This document shows, in pieces, positions 1-9,211 of a DNA stretch of 64,000 nucleotides. This DNA comes from an uncultured virus (IMG/VR IMGVR_UViG_3300012665_000499). Lineage: Duplodnaviria > Heunggongvirae > Uroviricota > Caudoviricetes. The notes beneath the pieces were generated by a model that saw nothing but the letters and a program-made list of their open reading frames with translations, was not told the DNA's origin and made no database searches. The position numbers were made by a program, and so were the translations under genes. Position 1 is the first letter of the stretch. Every line of letters begins with the position of its first letter. The DNA lies in IMG/VR virus record IMGVR_UViG_3300012665_000499, one strand, 5' to 3'.

Positions 1-17
1 ACTGCTTAATTGATCTT

Positions 18-33
18 GGGGGCTTCGGCCCCC
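18..33 (+). other. GC-rich hairpin with UUCG loop (mRNA stabiliser or weak terminator)
   Basis: GGGGGC-TTCG-GCCCCC just before RBS AGGAG; no U-tract. Confidence 0.55.
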
Positions 34-52
34 GCATTACAGGAGATTGATT

Positions 53-541
53 ATGGTGCAGACAGACGTACAGTCGTATCACAACACAGTTACAGGTGTA
101 GCTGTGCCTTACCGCACTCGCCTCAAGGGTATTGTTTGTTCTCCGTCATCTTCAAGTACTTTGAACGTGTCTATTTGTGACAACAACCCAAAAACCGGAA
201 CTTACAACATTCCGGGCACCACGGTTTGTACGGTTACTCTGGCAAATCATGGGTTGGTTGCAGGCAGCAGTCGGGTCGTCCTTAACTTTACCTCCGGCAC
301 TGCTGTGCCTGACACGTACCTTGTTCAGACAACCCCTACAGCGAATACGTTTACTGTAACTACAGCTACACTGACAACAAGCGGAAACGTAACTGCGTAC
401 ACTGACCTTTTGATTGAGATTGATGTTGCAACGGCTACTGCGTTTTATACGTTAATCCCCGGGGAAGGTGTTTTGGCGACTAACGGCGTATACGTCTTTT
501 TGCCATCCACAACCGTGGCAACAACCATTTTTTACGGGTAA
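53..541 (+). CDS. Virion structural protein, beta-rich (Thr/Val)
   Basis: AGGAG at 41-45, ATG at 53; paralogous to next ORF (RTRLKG, EID, IPGEG, FYG end). Confidence 0.75.
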   Translation: MVQTDVQSYHNTVTGVAVPYRTRLKGIVCSPSSSSTLNVSICDNNPKTGTYNIPGTTVCTVTLANHGLVAGSSRVVLNFTSGTAVPDTYLVQTTPTANTFTVTTATLTTSGNVTAYTDLLIEIDVATATAFYTLIPGEGVLATNGVYVFLPSTTVATTIFYG

Positions 542-547
542 CGCATC

Positions 548-1036
548 ATGGCAATGCAATACGATGTAACGGCTGGCTATGTAACCGGTCCCGGTAAGCT
601 CGTTACAAGCGCTAGAACCCGGCTTAAAGGGTTAACAGTCACTTCACTTACTGTTTCTGCGCGTAACATGGCTGTGTGTGAGCCAACCACCAAGAAGTCT
701 GGCACTTACAGCCAGTCGCTACTCGTCATAACAGTTACCATTGCAGCGCACGGTTTGGTCAATGGACAACGTGTATTTTTGGAAATCCTGACAGGCGCTA
801 GTCGCGCTGGTGTGTACGCAATTACATACATTGATGCCAACTCATTTTCAGTCGCCGCACTTCCAAGCCAAACAGCGTCGGGCAACGTCAACATGTACCC
901 CGGCCTGATTGTTGAGATTGACACGTTTACTTCGGTTGGCTTGCCAATCAAAATTCCCGGCGAAGGTATTCTTTGCCCCAACGGGTTTTTTGTTGGGGTA
1001 GGCGCATCTGTAACCACATCGGTGTTCTATGGCTAA
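548..1036 (+). CDS. Virion structural protein, paralog of 53..541
   Basis: Same motifs RTRLKG / TVTxAxHGL / IPGEG / FYG*. Confidence 0.75.
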   Translation: MAMQYDVTAGYVTGPGKLVTSARTRLKGLTVTSLTVSARNMAVCEPTTKKSGTYSQSLLVITVTIAAHGLVNGQRVFLEILTGASRAGVYAITYIDANSFSVAALPSQTASGNVNMYPGLIVEIDTFTSVGLPIKIPGEGILCPNGFFVGVGASVTTSVFYG

Positions 1037-1283
1037 GAAAAACCCATCCCTTGCAGTAGGTCGCGGTGAGAAGTTGCCGGTCTCTAAGGGGGCTGGGCTG
1101 ACTGCCAAAGGCAGGGCTAAATACAATGCAGCCACAGGGTCAAACCTCAAAGCGCCACAGCCCGAAGGTGGGCCGCGCAAGAAGTCATTCTGTGCCCGTA
1201 TGTCCGGTATGCCCGGTCCGATGAAAGACGAAAAAGGCAAGCCTACCCGTAAGGCTGCTTCACTAGCAAGATGGAAGTGCTGA
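1029..1283 (+). CDS. Small basic phage protein (DUF6321-like)
   Basis: GLTAKGRAKYN...SFCARM...SLARWKC pattern typical of this phage family. Confidence 0.7.
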   Translation: MAKKNPSLAVGRGEKLPVSKGAGLTAKGRAKYNAATGSNLKAPQPEGGPRKKSFCARMSGMPGPMKDEKGKPTRKAASLARWKC

Positions 1284-1284
1284 T

Positions 1285-1530
1285 ATGAACGCCGAAATAC
1301 AAACCGCAAGGGAACTCGCCACACACGCGGCGGACATTGCCCATCTCCAAGAAGACATGGATAAGATGGCTAAAGACATGGCGGAGATAAAAGCTACGCT
1401 TAATAGCATCAACACTACACTTGCAGAGGCCAAGGGCGGCTGGAAAGTGCTCATGATGTTTGGTGGTGCAGGTGGCTTGGTAGGCGCAATGCTGGCCCAG
1501 ATTATTCACGCAATCCCCGGAGGCAAGTGA
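1285..1530 (+). CDS. Coiled-coil protein with C-terminal transmembrane helix
   Basis: Heptad N-terminus then hydrophobic GWKVLMMFGGAGGLVGAML. Confidence 0.65.
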   Translation: MNAEIQTARELATHAADIAHLQEDMDKMAKDMAEIKATLNSINTTLAEAKGGWKVLMMFGGAGGLVGAMLAQIIHAIPGGK

Positions 1531-1955
1531 TGCCCTCCACAAGCAAAAAGCAACACAATTTCATGGCCGCGATAGCCAATTCGCCATCGTTTGCTAAGAA
1601 AGTAGGAATCCCACAGTCCGTGGGAAAAGACTTCAGTAACGCCGATAAAGGCAAGAAATTCTCAAAAGGTGGTGATATGGCTACAAAAAAACTTCCCCCG
1701 TTCATGGGTAAAGAGACTAAGGCTGAAGAAGCCAAAGAAATGAAGATTAAGGCTGTTAGTCCCAAGATGTATCAAAAGGGCGAAAAGGCCGAAGGCATCC
1801 ACAAGATGGCTAAGGGTGGCATCTCTTCTTCATTGAAGGCCCATGCAGCAGCACCCGCGTCCAAAGCTCACGCTAGTATGGCTAAAGGCGGCGGCATTGA
1901 GACCAAGGGTAAAACCAAAGGTAAACAGATCGTAATGAAAAAAGGCGGTAAATAA
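1530..1955 (+). CDS. Small Lys-rich virion-associated protein with xxKGG motifs
   Basis: GGAGG RBS; MPSTSKKQHNFM start; FSKGG, MAKGG x2, MKKGG, GKTKGK. Confidence 0.75.
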   Translation: MPSTSKKQHNFMAAIANSPSFAKKVGIPQSVGKDFSNADKGKKFSKGGDMATKKLPPFMGKETKAEEAKEMKIKAVSPKMYQKGEKAEGIHKMAKGGISSSLKAHAAAPASKAHASMAKGGGIETKGKTKGKQIVMKKGGK

Positions 1956-1957
1956 TC

Positions 1958-2440
1958 ATGGCTACTAATCCAATCGTCAGCAAAAAAGAGCTAGAAGATT
2001 CTGGCTTTACAAACTTACGCGACTACCTCAATGACAAGCGCGGGCTTACCCGTCGCGGCTCTCCTATGGCCGTCAAACGTGCGGACCCGATTACTGCGGA
2101 CTCCGAAGCCCGTAACAGCCGTGGTAGCCGTGCTATGCCGCAAGACATGTCAGACCGCGACGCCTTGGGTAAACAGATGAGCGAATCTGGCACCGACATG
2201 GCCATGGCACAGCGCGATTCAGACGCTGTTCCTAAATTCCTTCGTGCCGGCGAGTCTGGCAATAGCCGTGGCTCAAGCAAGTATCGCGAAAGCGGACAGG
2301 CTATGGTTGATAAGCAAGACCGAGACGCCGCAGAGGTGCGCCGTGAGGCCCGTATGAAAAAAGGCGGTTCAGTATCGTCAGCTTCCAAACGTGCAGACGG
2401 TATCGCCACCAAAGGCAAAACTCGCGGAAAGATGTGCTAA
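1958..2440 (+). CDS. Small virion-associated protein with KKGG/GKTRG C-terminus
   Basis: C-term MKKGGSVSSASKRADGIATKGKTRGKMC. Confidence 0.7.
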   Translation: MATNPIVSKKELEDSGFTNLRDYLNDKRGLTRRGSPMAVKRADPITADSEARNSRGSRAMPQDMSDRDALGKQMSESGTDMAMAQRDSDAVPKFLRAGESGNSRGSSKYRESGQAMVDKQDRDAAEVRREARMKKGGSVSSASKRADGIATKGKTRGKMC

Positions 2441-2442
2441 TC

Positions 2443-2667
2443 ATGGCTGATGTTAAATACCCCAAAGATGTCCCAGTGGACGAGCCTGTGGCCAAGCCAA
2501 AGCAGTCAAAGGCTAAGATGTATCCTGACTACACTCCAGTGGATGAGCCAGTCGTAAAAAAGGCCAAGGGCGGGTCCATCCGTGGCGGCGGTATCGAGTC
2601 CCGTGGAAAGACCAAGGGTAAGATGGTCGCTATGTGCAGCGGTGGTATGACTAAGGGCAAGAAGTGA
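2443..2667 (+). CDS. Small basic protein with GG/GKTKG motifs
   Basis: PVDEPV twice; KAKGGSIRGGGIESRGKTKGK. Confidence 0.7.
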   Translation: MADVKYPKDVPVDEPVAKPKQSKAKMYPDYTPVDEPVVKKAKGGSIRGGGIESRGKTKGKMVAMCSGGMTKGKK

Positions 2668-2894
2668 TTGCCAGTCGCGGCATGGGGGCCATAAACCCCT
2701 CCAAGATGCCTAAAGGTGTGAAGAAGGCCCGCCGGGATGACACCGACTTCACACAATACGCCGAAGGTGGACCGGTAGGTCTTTATGCAAATATCAACGC
2801 AAAGCGTAAGCGCGGGGATAAAATGCGTAAAAAAGGCGCTAAGGGCGCACCTACCGAGCAAGCGTTCATCAACTCTGCGAAGACGGCTAAATAA
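2664..2894 (+). CDS. Small basic protein
   Basis: GTGA overlap; YAEGG and GLYANINAKRKRG. Confidence 0.7.
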   Translation: MIASRGMGAINPSKMPKGVKKARRDDTDFTQYAEGGPVGLYANINAKRKRGDKMRKKGAKGAPTEQAFINSAKTAK

Positions 2895-3820
2895 TGGCAA
2901 CCTCCGGCACCTCCTCGTTTAACCTAGACCTCACAGAAATTGTTGAGGAGGCGTTTGAACGTGCGGGTTCCGAGTTGCGTTCGGGCTACGACCTCCGCAC
3001 TGCGCGACGGTCTCTGAACCTGATGTTCGCTGAGTGGGCCAACCGCGGTATCAACATGTGGACGTTCGAGCAGGGGACCATTAATCTGGTTCCCGGCCAA
3101 GCCACTTACGCACTTCCTGTAGACACTGTTGACCTCTTGGAGCACGTCATTCGCACGGGCGCAGGAAATGTATCTACACAGGCTGACCTGACTATTTCGC
3201 GTATCAGCGTATCCACCTACGCTACGATCCCAAACAAACTCTCCCAAGCCCGACCCATCCAAGTATGGTTTCAACGGCTTGACGGCGAGCGCTCTGCAAT
3301 AGGAACCACCCTTGCAAGCACAATAACAGCCACAGACACGACGATAACCGTTGCGTCAACAGTTGGCCTAGGTACAGCAGGTTTTGTCCTTATTGAGGGC
3401 GAAACAATCAACTACGGGTCAGTCTCAGGAAATCAGCTTTTGTACTGCTCACGCGGGCAGGCAAACACTACGGCTGCCGCCCATACCGCAGGAGTACCCG
3501 TATACCCACAAAACCTCCCATCAGTGACCGTCTGGCCAGTGCCAGATAACAGCGTTGCGTACCAGTTTGTGTACTGGCGCATGCGCCGAATTGATGATGT
3601 TGGCGGCGGTGTAAATACCATGGACGTCCCGTTCCGTTTCCTACCAGCTATGGTGGCCGGCTTGGCATACCAATTGGCCATGAAGATACCCAATGGCGCA
3701 GACCGCTTGCCTATTTTGAAGGCCCAATACGACGAGGCATGGCAGCTTGCTGCTGACGAGGACCGGGAAACCGCTCCCATACGATTTGTGCCCCGCCAAA
3801 TGTTTATTGGTAGCACTTAA
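2894..3820 (+). CDS. Head-tail adaptor/connector protein with inserted beta domain
   Basis: Helical N-term (EEAFER...ARRSLNLMF..W.NRG) and C-term (AGLAYQLAMK...YDEAW) resemble podovirus adaptors; Thr-rich insert. Confidence 0.6.
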   Translation: MATSGTSSFNLDLTEIVEEAFERAGSELRSGYDLRTARRSLNLMFAEWANRGINMWTFEQGTINLVPGQATYALPVDTVDLLEHVIRTGAGNVSTQADLTISRISVSTYATIPNKLSQARPIQVWFQRLDGERSAIGTTLASTITATDTTITVASTVGLGTAGFVLIEGETINYGSVSGNQLLYCSRGQANTTAAAHTAGVPVYPQNLPSVTVWPVPDNSVAYQFVYWRMRRIDDVGGGVNTMDVPFRFLPAMVAGLAYQLAMKIPNGADRLPILKAQYDEAWQLAADEDRETAPIRFVPRQMFIGST

Positions 3821-4203
3821 TGGGTAATCGGTACGCGTCCGGCAAAAAGGCGATTGCGGAGTGCGATCGCTGCGGGCAACAGTTCTTGCTGAAGAAGTTA
3901 AAGACTGAGATAATCAAGCAACGGAAATACGAATTGTTAGTATGTCCTGAGTGTTGGGACCCGGATCAGCCACAGTTAATGTTGGGTACGTTCCCGGTAG
4001 ATGACCCACAGGCATTGCGCAACCCACGTAGGGATACGACATACGTGGTATCTGGAGTAAATTCAGATGGTAGTTTGTCCGGTGGATCGCGGGATATCCA
4101 GTGGGGTTGGGGCCCGGTAGGCGGGGCTTCATTTTTTGATGTTGCGTTGACGCCAAATAATTTGGTTGCAATCGCGGGTGTTGGTACAGTATCGGTTTCA
4201 TAG
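3820..4203 (+). CDS. Zn-ribbon-containing phage protein
   Basis: CDRC...CPEC, DPQALRNPR. Confidence 0.65.
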   Translation: MGNRYASGKKAIAECDRCGQQFLLKKLKTEIIKQRKYELLVCPECWDPDQPQLMLGTFPVDDPQALRNPRRDTTYVVSGVNSDGSLSGGSRDIQWGWGPVGGASFFDVALTPNNLVAIAGVGTVSVS

Positions 4204-4212
4204 GAGTTAATC

Positions 4213-4401
4213 ATGGCATTTACAAAATCCGCAGACGGTATTGCTTCAAAAGGCAAAACCAAAGGCAAGAATCTTGGTGATAGTGGTCCTTCCGTTGGCA
4301 TCCAACATGGTGGCAAAGGCAGCAAGGGCGGCAAGACCAACGAAGAAATGCTGAAGCTGGGCCGTGGCCTTGCTAAAGTAGCTAACCAAAAGCGAGGCTA
4401 A
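4213..4401 (+). CDS. Small basic protein
   Basis: AGGAG RBS; ADGIASKGKTKGK motif shared with 1958..2440. Confidence 0.7.
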   Translation: MAFTKSADGIASKGKTKGKNLGDSGPSVGIQHGGKGSKGGKTNEEMLKLGRGLAKVANQKRG

Positions 4402-4402
4402 T

Positions 4403-4669
4403 ATGGCAACCTTTAGTAAAAAACTGATGGGCAAGGAAGTTGGCGACGCTAGCGTTTACGCTGCTCCACACACTATGTCTGGCAAAGCGGTGGCTATTTC
4501 TGGTAACCCCGGCAAAGAACCCAACCATAGCAAGTTGGACTCGTATGACGTAAGTGTAGGCAATATCAGCAAGTCCGCTGGTAACGAGCCGACCAAAACC
4601 TCTGGAATCAAAGTTCGTGGAACTGGCTGTGCTACCAAAGGTGTGATGGCCCGGGGACCAATGGCCTAA
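4403..4669 (+). CDS. Small basic protein
   Basis: Tightly packed; C-term KVRGTGCATKG..ARGPMA. Confidence 0.7.
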   Translation: MATFSKKLMGKEVGDASVYAAPHTMSGKAVAISGNPGKEPNHSKLDSYDVSVGNISKSAGNEPTKTSGIKVRGTGCATKGVMARGPMA

Positions 4670-4671
4670 GT

Positions 4672-5352
4672 ATGAACTACGCTGCTCTTGTTACTGCAAT
4701 CTCTGATTACACGGAGAACACATTTCCAACTACGGATATGAATACGTTCATAACGCAGGCGGAGCAGCGCATATACAACACCGTTCAGTTCCCATCGTTG
4801 CGCAAAAACGTAACAGGTCTTCTAACATCCGGTAATAGGTACTTATCGTGCCCCACTGATTTCCTGTCCTCATACTCTATTGCAATAATCGAAGGGTACG
4901 CTACTCCCAACGAGACGTATCACTACATGCTGAACAAGGATGTCAACTTCCTCCGGGAGGCATATCCAAACCCTACAGATATAGGGTTACCTAAATACTA
5001 CGCATTGTTCGGGCCCACCACAACCGCAGGAATTCCTCCGACGCTCACCAACGAGTTGTCGTTTATTTTGGCTCCCACACCTGATGCCGCGTACTACGCA
5101 GAGCTTCACTATTACTACTACCCAGAGTCCATTACTACTGCGCTAACCACTTGGTTAGGGGACAACTTTGACACCGTATTGCTCTACGGCGCGCTGGTGG
5201 AGGCGTACACCTACATGAAGGGTGAGGCCGATATGGTAGCTCTGTACACTGCTCGTTACCAAGAAGCGCTCGCACTTGCTAAACGTCTGGGTGATGGTCT
5301 TGAGAAGCAGGATAGCTACCGCAGTGGAACTTACCGAGTACCTGTACGATGA
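4672..5352 (+). CDS. Tail adaptor (tubular protein A-like)
   Basis: FITQAEQRIY...GLPKYYA...LAPTPD...LLYGALVEAY..MKG pattern of podovirus adaptor proteins. Confidence 0.65.
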   Translation: MNYAALVTAISDYTENTFPTTDMNTFITQAEQRIYNTVQFPSLRKNVTGLLTSGNRYLSCPTDFLSSYSIAIIEGYATPNETYHYMLNKDVNFLREAYPNPTDIGLPKYYALFGPTTTAGIPPTLTNELSFILAPTPDAAYYAELHYYYYPESITTALTTWLGDNFDTVLLYGALVEAYTYMKGEADMVALYTARYQEALALAKRLGDGLEKQDSYRSGTYRVPVR

Positions 5353-5762
5353 TTGTCCAAACACAGACCACTTCGTTCAAAGCAGAGTTGTACCAAGGGG
5401 TTCATAACCTGTTGACCGATACGATTAATATTGCCCTTTACACGGCAAGCGCTAACCTTGACGAGACTACCACGATATATACCACCCTCAATGAGGTTGT
5501 AGCGTCCGGATATGCAGCAGGCGGAGCCACCCTGACTGGGGTAACACTTGGTACTTCTGGGTATACCGCTTACGTCAACTTTGCCAATGTGTCGTGGGCT
5601 GCTTCGTTGACATCCCGATGTGCCCTAATTTACAATGCCAGCAAGGGGAATAAAGCCGTTGCGGTGTTAGATTTTGGGTCGGATAAGACCACAAATGGGT
5701 CCTTCACGATTACAATGCCCGTCAATACACCCACTTCTGCGCTGATCCGCAGTTCAAACTAG
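5349..5762 (+). CDS. Tail/virion structural protein
   Basis: SFKAEL...IALYT...GY.AGG.TL...ALIYN...VLDFGSDK; position in tail cluster. Confidence 0.65.
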   Translation: MIVQTQTTSFKAELYQGVHNLLTDTINIALYTASANLDETTTIYTTLNEVVASGYAAGGATLTGVTLGTSGYTAYVNFANVSWAASLTSRCALIYNASKGNKAVAVLDFGSDKTTNGSFTITMPVNTPTSALIRSSN

Positions 5763-5771
5763 GAGTTTCGC

Positions 5772-6350
5772 ATGTCCAATGAAGTAGCAAAATCTACAGA
5801 TTCCGTAAGCGCCGGTATGGTCGCAGGAGCACAGTCTGTACAACAAGCCAGTGGTGGCGGTGTATTTACCATTCAGTGCTTCGACAAAGACGGAAACTTG
5901 AAATGGGAAGACTCCAAGCACAACCTAGTTGTAAATACAGGTTTGCAAGATATGAACACCCAGTACTTCAAAGGCTCTAGCTACACCGCCGCGTTGTACA
6001 TGGGCTTGATTACTGGCCCCGGCTCTGGTACAACTTATTCTGCACTGGACACACTGGTGTCCCACGCCGGATGGACTGAGTTTACAAACTACACAGCCTC
6101 ACGAAAACAAGTCGTGTTTGGAACTGCTACTACAGCAAACCCATCCGTAATTGCGAGCACTGCGTCTCCCGCAGCGTTTACTATTTCTGGCGCTGGCGGT
6201 ACTGTAGCTGGTGCGTTTTTATGCACCGTGGCTAGTGGCACATCAGGAACTTTATTCTCTGAGGCAGACTTCCAGTCTCCCGGTGACCGTGTAGTTGTAG
6301 CTGGGGACACACTGAATGTGGTTTACACGTTCAGCCTTACTGCTTCCTAA
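5772..6350 (+). CDS. Tail/virion structural protein
   Basis: AGGAG RBS; NLVVN.GL...GDTLNVVYT beta-rich. Confidence 0.65.
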   Translation: MSNEVAKSTDSVSAGMVAGAQSVQQASGGGVFTIQCFDKDGNLKWEDSKHNLVVNTGLQDMNTQYFKGSSYTAALYMGLITGPGSGTTYSALDTLVSHAGWTEFTNYTASRKQVVFGTATTANPSVIASTASPAAFTISGAGGTVAGAFLCTVASGTSGTLFSEADFQSPGDRVVVAGDTLNVVYTFSLTAS

Positions 6351-6364
6351 AAAAGTGGTGCCGA

Positions 6365-6853
6365 GTGTTTGGCTCCAGCCCCTTTGCTAGTGCTCCATTT
6401 GCGTCTGGGTCCGACGAGGTAACTGCTTACGTCAGTAGTGCGGAAGAGCTAGCAGATGCGTCGGATGCGTTTACTGCGCTTGTTACTTGGCTTGGGGCTT
6501 ACGCAGACTCTACGTCAGTAGCCGACTCAATTGCAGTAGCAGCGTCCGTGTTTAACGCGGTAGAGGCAGAGGTAGTATTTGGCGAAGTAACAACGGGTAG
6601 CCAAGGGGACTTTGTACCCTACTACAGTGAAAACGCATCTGGAATTGATACACCTACTGTGTCCGCCTCGGACTTTAGCGCGGCTGCAGTTGAGGGCATA
6701 AGCGGGGTAGACACACCCTCCGCTATTGCAACGCTCGCATCCAACATACAAGAAGCTGCCGCAGCCCTCGACAACATGCACGGCTTGGCTCCTTGGGAAA
6801 TCATAGATGATACGCAAACTGCTACATGGCAGGTAATTAAGGCTAGAACATAG
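6365..6853 (+). CDS. Acidic Ala/Ser-rich tail-associated protein
   Basis: GTG start; FGSSPFASAPFAS N-term; W...IDDTQTATW C-term. Confidence 0.55.
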   Translation: MFGSSPFASAPFASGSDEVTAYVSSAEELADASDAFTALVTWLGAYADSTSVADSIAVAASVFNAVEAEVVFGEVTTGSQGDFVPYYSENASGIDTPTVSASDFSAAAVEGISGVDTPSAIATLASNIQEAAAALDNMHGLAPWEIIDDTQTATWQVIKART

Positions 6854-6862
6854 GGGATTTAT

Positions 6863-9211
6863 ATGGCGCTCGTAGTAAAAGACAGGGTAAAAGTAAGTAC
6901 TTCCACCACAGGAACGGGCACTATTTCGCTCGGCACTGCTGCTACGGGGTTCCAAAGTTTTAGCGTTATCGGTACAGGTAATACCACGTACTACGCAATC
7001 TCCTCTGCTACCAGCACAGAGTGGGAAGTCGGTATTGGTACGTATACTTTGGCAGGCAGCACCCTTTCCCGCGACACTGTGCTGTCCTCTAGCAATGGTG
7101 GGTCGCTGGTTAATTTCTCCGCTGGCGCAAAAGACGTAATCTGTACATACCCATCTGAGCGGGCTATCTACTTGGATTCCGCAGGTTCGTATCCGGTACA
7201 GAACACATTTAACGCGCTCACCGCAGCTACAGCTACATTGACGGCGGGCACCATCACCACTGCGCCTTCTGTGGGCGATGATCTGGTAAATAAGACCTAC
7301 GTGGACACAGTAGCTGCGGACGGTGTTCACTACCACGCGCCTGTATTTGTTGAGTCTCCTGACTCTGCAGGTAACCTAAATGCTACTTACAACCAACCCG
7401 GCGGTGCTGGTGTGGGTGTCGGGGCTACGCTTACTAACGCTGGTACACAAGTCGCCCTTACCTTAGACGGTATCCTGATGACAACAGGCAAGCGGGTATT
7501 GATATACGCGCAGACAAACGGGGTGCAGAACGGTGTGTACACGGTAACTACCGTAGGTAGTGGCTCGACAAACTGGGTGCTAACTCGTGCTACAGACGCG
7601 GATACATACGCTCCTTCAAGCCCTAATTCGCTTGGAGCAGGCGATGCGTTCTTTGTTACCAACGGTAATACCGGCGCTGGTGAGACCTATGTATGTAACA
7701 CCCCCGGGGTGATTGTTTTTGGCACGACCGCAATTACGTTTGTCCAAATCTCCTCAGCAGCCGTGTACACCGCTGGTACTGGACTAAACTTTAATCCTTC
7801 AACCACGATCAATATCTCGAACACAGCGGTAACTGCTGGAAGCTATGGGCTTGCAAACTCAGTACCCACGTTAGCTGTAAATGCCCAAGGGCAAATTACG
7901 TTAGCTTCCAACACGCCTATCGCCATTGCCGTTGCTGCAGTTTCTGGTTTGGCGGCTTCAGCTACAACAGACACAACCAACGCATCAAACATCTCCTCTG
8001 GAACCCTTCCAGTAGGTCGGCTGTCTGGCAGCTACACAGGCATTACCGGGGTCGATACGTTGACTGTCGGAACTTGGAACGCAAACACTGTAGCGGCTCC
8101 ATATGGGGGAACTGGTTTCTCTTCCTACGCGGTAGGCGATCTTCTGTACGCTGACACCACAACCTCGCTGGCTAAACTTGCCGATGTAGCCGTTGGTAAT
8201 GCGTTAATTTCTGGCGGTGTTGCTTCCGCCCCTAGCTGGGGCAAGATCGGTCTAGCTACCCATGTAAGCGGGACACTCCCAGTCGCCAATGGTGGTACAG
8301 GTGCAACTTCATCTACAGGTACAGGCGCGGTGGTATTGGATACCAGCCCAACCATTTCTAGCCCTACATTAGTAACTCCGGCACTGGGTACACCTGCTTC
8401 TGGTAACTTCAGCACAGGCACATTTACATGGCCTACGTTTAACCAAAACACTTCGGGCACTGCCGCGGGGCTTTCCGCTACGCTTGCTGCTACTTCCGGT
8501 GGTACAGGACAGTCTTCAGCCTTTGTAGCTGGCGGCGCGGTGTACGGGGCATCTACAAGTGCGTTGGGTATTACTGCCGCTGGTACTACTGGGCAGATTC
8601 TGACTTCTGCTGGAGCTAGCGCCCCTGCTTGGTCAAATACCATAACAAGCCCAACGCTTGTAACCCCTGCTTTAGGAACACCGGTCTCAGGTGATTTCAG
8701 CACAGGCACATTTACATGGCCTACCTTTAACCAGAATACCTCTGGAACTGCAGCAGGGCTTTCCGCTACGCTCGCAATTGCCTCGGGCGGTACAGGCGCT
8801 ACAACTTTGGCTGGGGCTTCGATTGCTACTTACACGGGCACAGAGACCCTAACCAACAAGACCCTGACCAACCCAACGGTAACTGACTACGTTGAATCTG
8901 TAGTTGCAATTGGAACCGTAACCAGCGCATCAACTATTGCTCTGACCAATGGTACGGTACAGACTGCTACCTTAACGGCATCCACAGCATGTACATTTAC
9001 AATGCCGACAAACGTAGCGGGTAAGTCTTTTGTGTTGCTGCTTAAACAGGCGGCGTCTACAGGCGGCGGTACAGCTATATTTACAGGCGTTAAGTGGGCA
9101 CTTGCGGGGGCTCCAACAATCACTGCGGCTGCTGGTAAGATGGACATACTGACATTCGTTGCTGATGGTACGAATTGGTACGGTTCCTACGTGCAAGGAT
9201 ACACCCCATAA
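6863..9211 (+). CDS. Tail fibre protein 1
   Basis: MALVVKDRVK N-term, Gly/Thr-rich xxGGTG shaft repeats, internal duplication, beta C-terminal domain. Confidence 0.85.
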   Translation: MALVVKDRVKVSTSTTGTGTISLGTAATGFQSFSVIGTGNTTYYAISSATSTEWEVGIGTYTLAGSTLSRDTVLSSSNGGSLVNFSAGAKDVICTYPSERAIYLDSAGSYPVQNTFNALTAATATLTAGTITTAPSVGDDLVNKTYVDTVAADGVHYHAPVFVESPDSAGNLNATYNQPGGAGVGVGATLTNAGTQVALTLDGILMTTGKRVLIYAQTNGVQNGVYTVTTVGSGSTNWVLTRATDADTYAPSSPNSLGAGDAFFVTNGNTGAGETYVCNTPGVIVFGTTAITFVQISSAAVYTAGTGLNFNPSTTINISNTAVTAGSYGLANSVPTLAVNAQGQITLASNTPIAIAVAAVSGLAASATTDTTNASNISSGTLPVGRLSGSYTGITGVDTLTVGTWNANTVAAPYGGTGFSSYAVGDLLYADTTTSLAKLADVAVGNALISGGVASAPSWGKIGLATHVSGTLPVANGGTGATSSTGTGAVVLDTSPTISSPTLVTPALGTPASGNFSTGTFTWPTFNQNTSGTAAGLSATLAATSGGTGQSSAFVAGGAVYGASTSALGITAAGTTGQILTSAGASAPAWSNTITSPTLVTPALGTPVSGDFSTGTFTWPTFNQNTSGTAAGLSATLAIASGGTGATTLAGASIATYTGTETLTNKTLTNPTVTDYVESVVAIGTVTSASTIALTNGTVQTATLTASTACTFTMPTNVAGKSFVLLLKQAASTGGGTAIFTGVKWALAGAPTITAAAGKMDILTFVADGTNWYGSYVQGYTP
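8353..8800 (+). repeat. Internal duplication (~50 codons) in fibre 1
   Basis: PTLVTPALGTPxSGxFSTGTFTWPTFNQNTSGTAAGLSATLA twice; identical DNA TTCAGCACAGGCACATTTACATGGCCTAC at 8408 and 8696. Confidence 0.9.
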
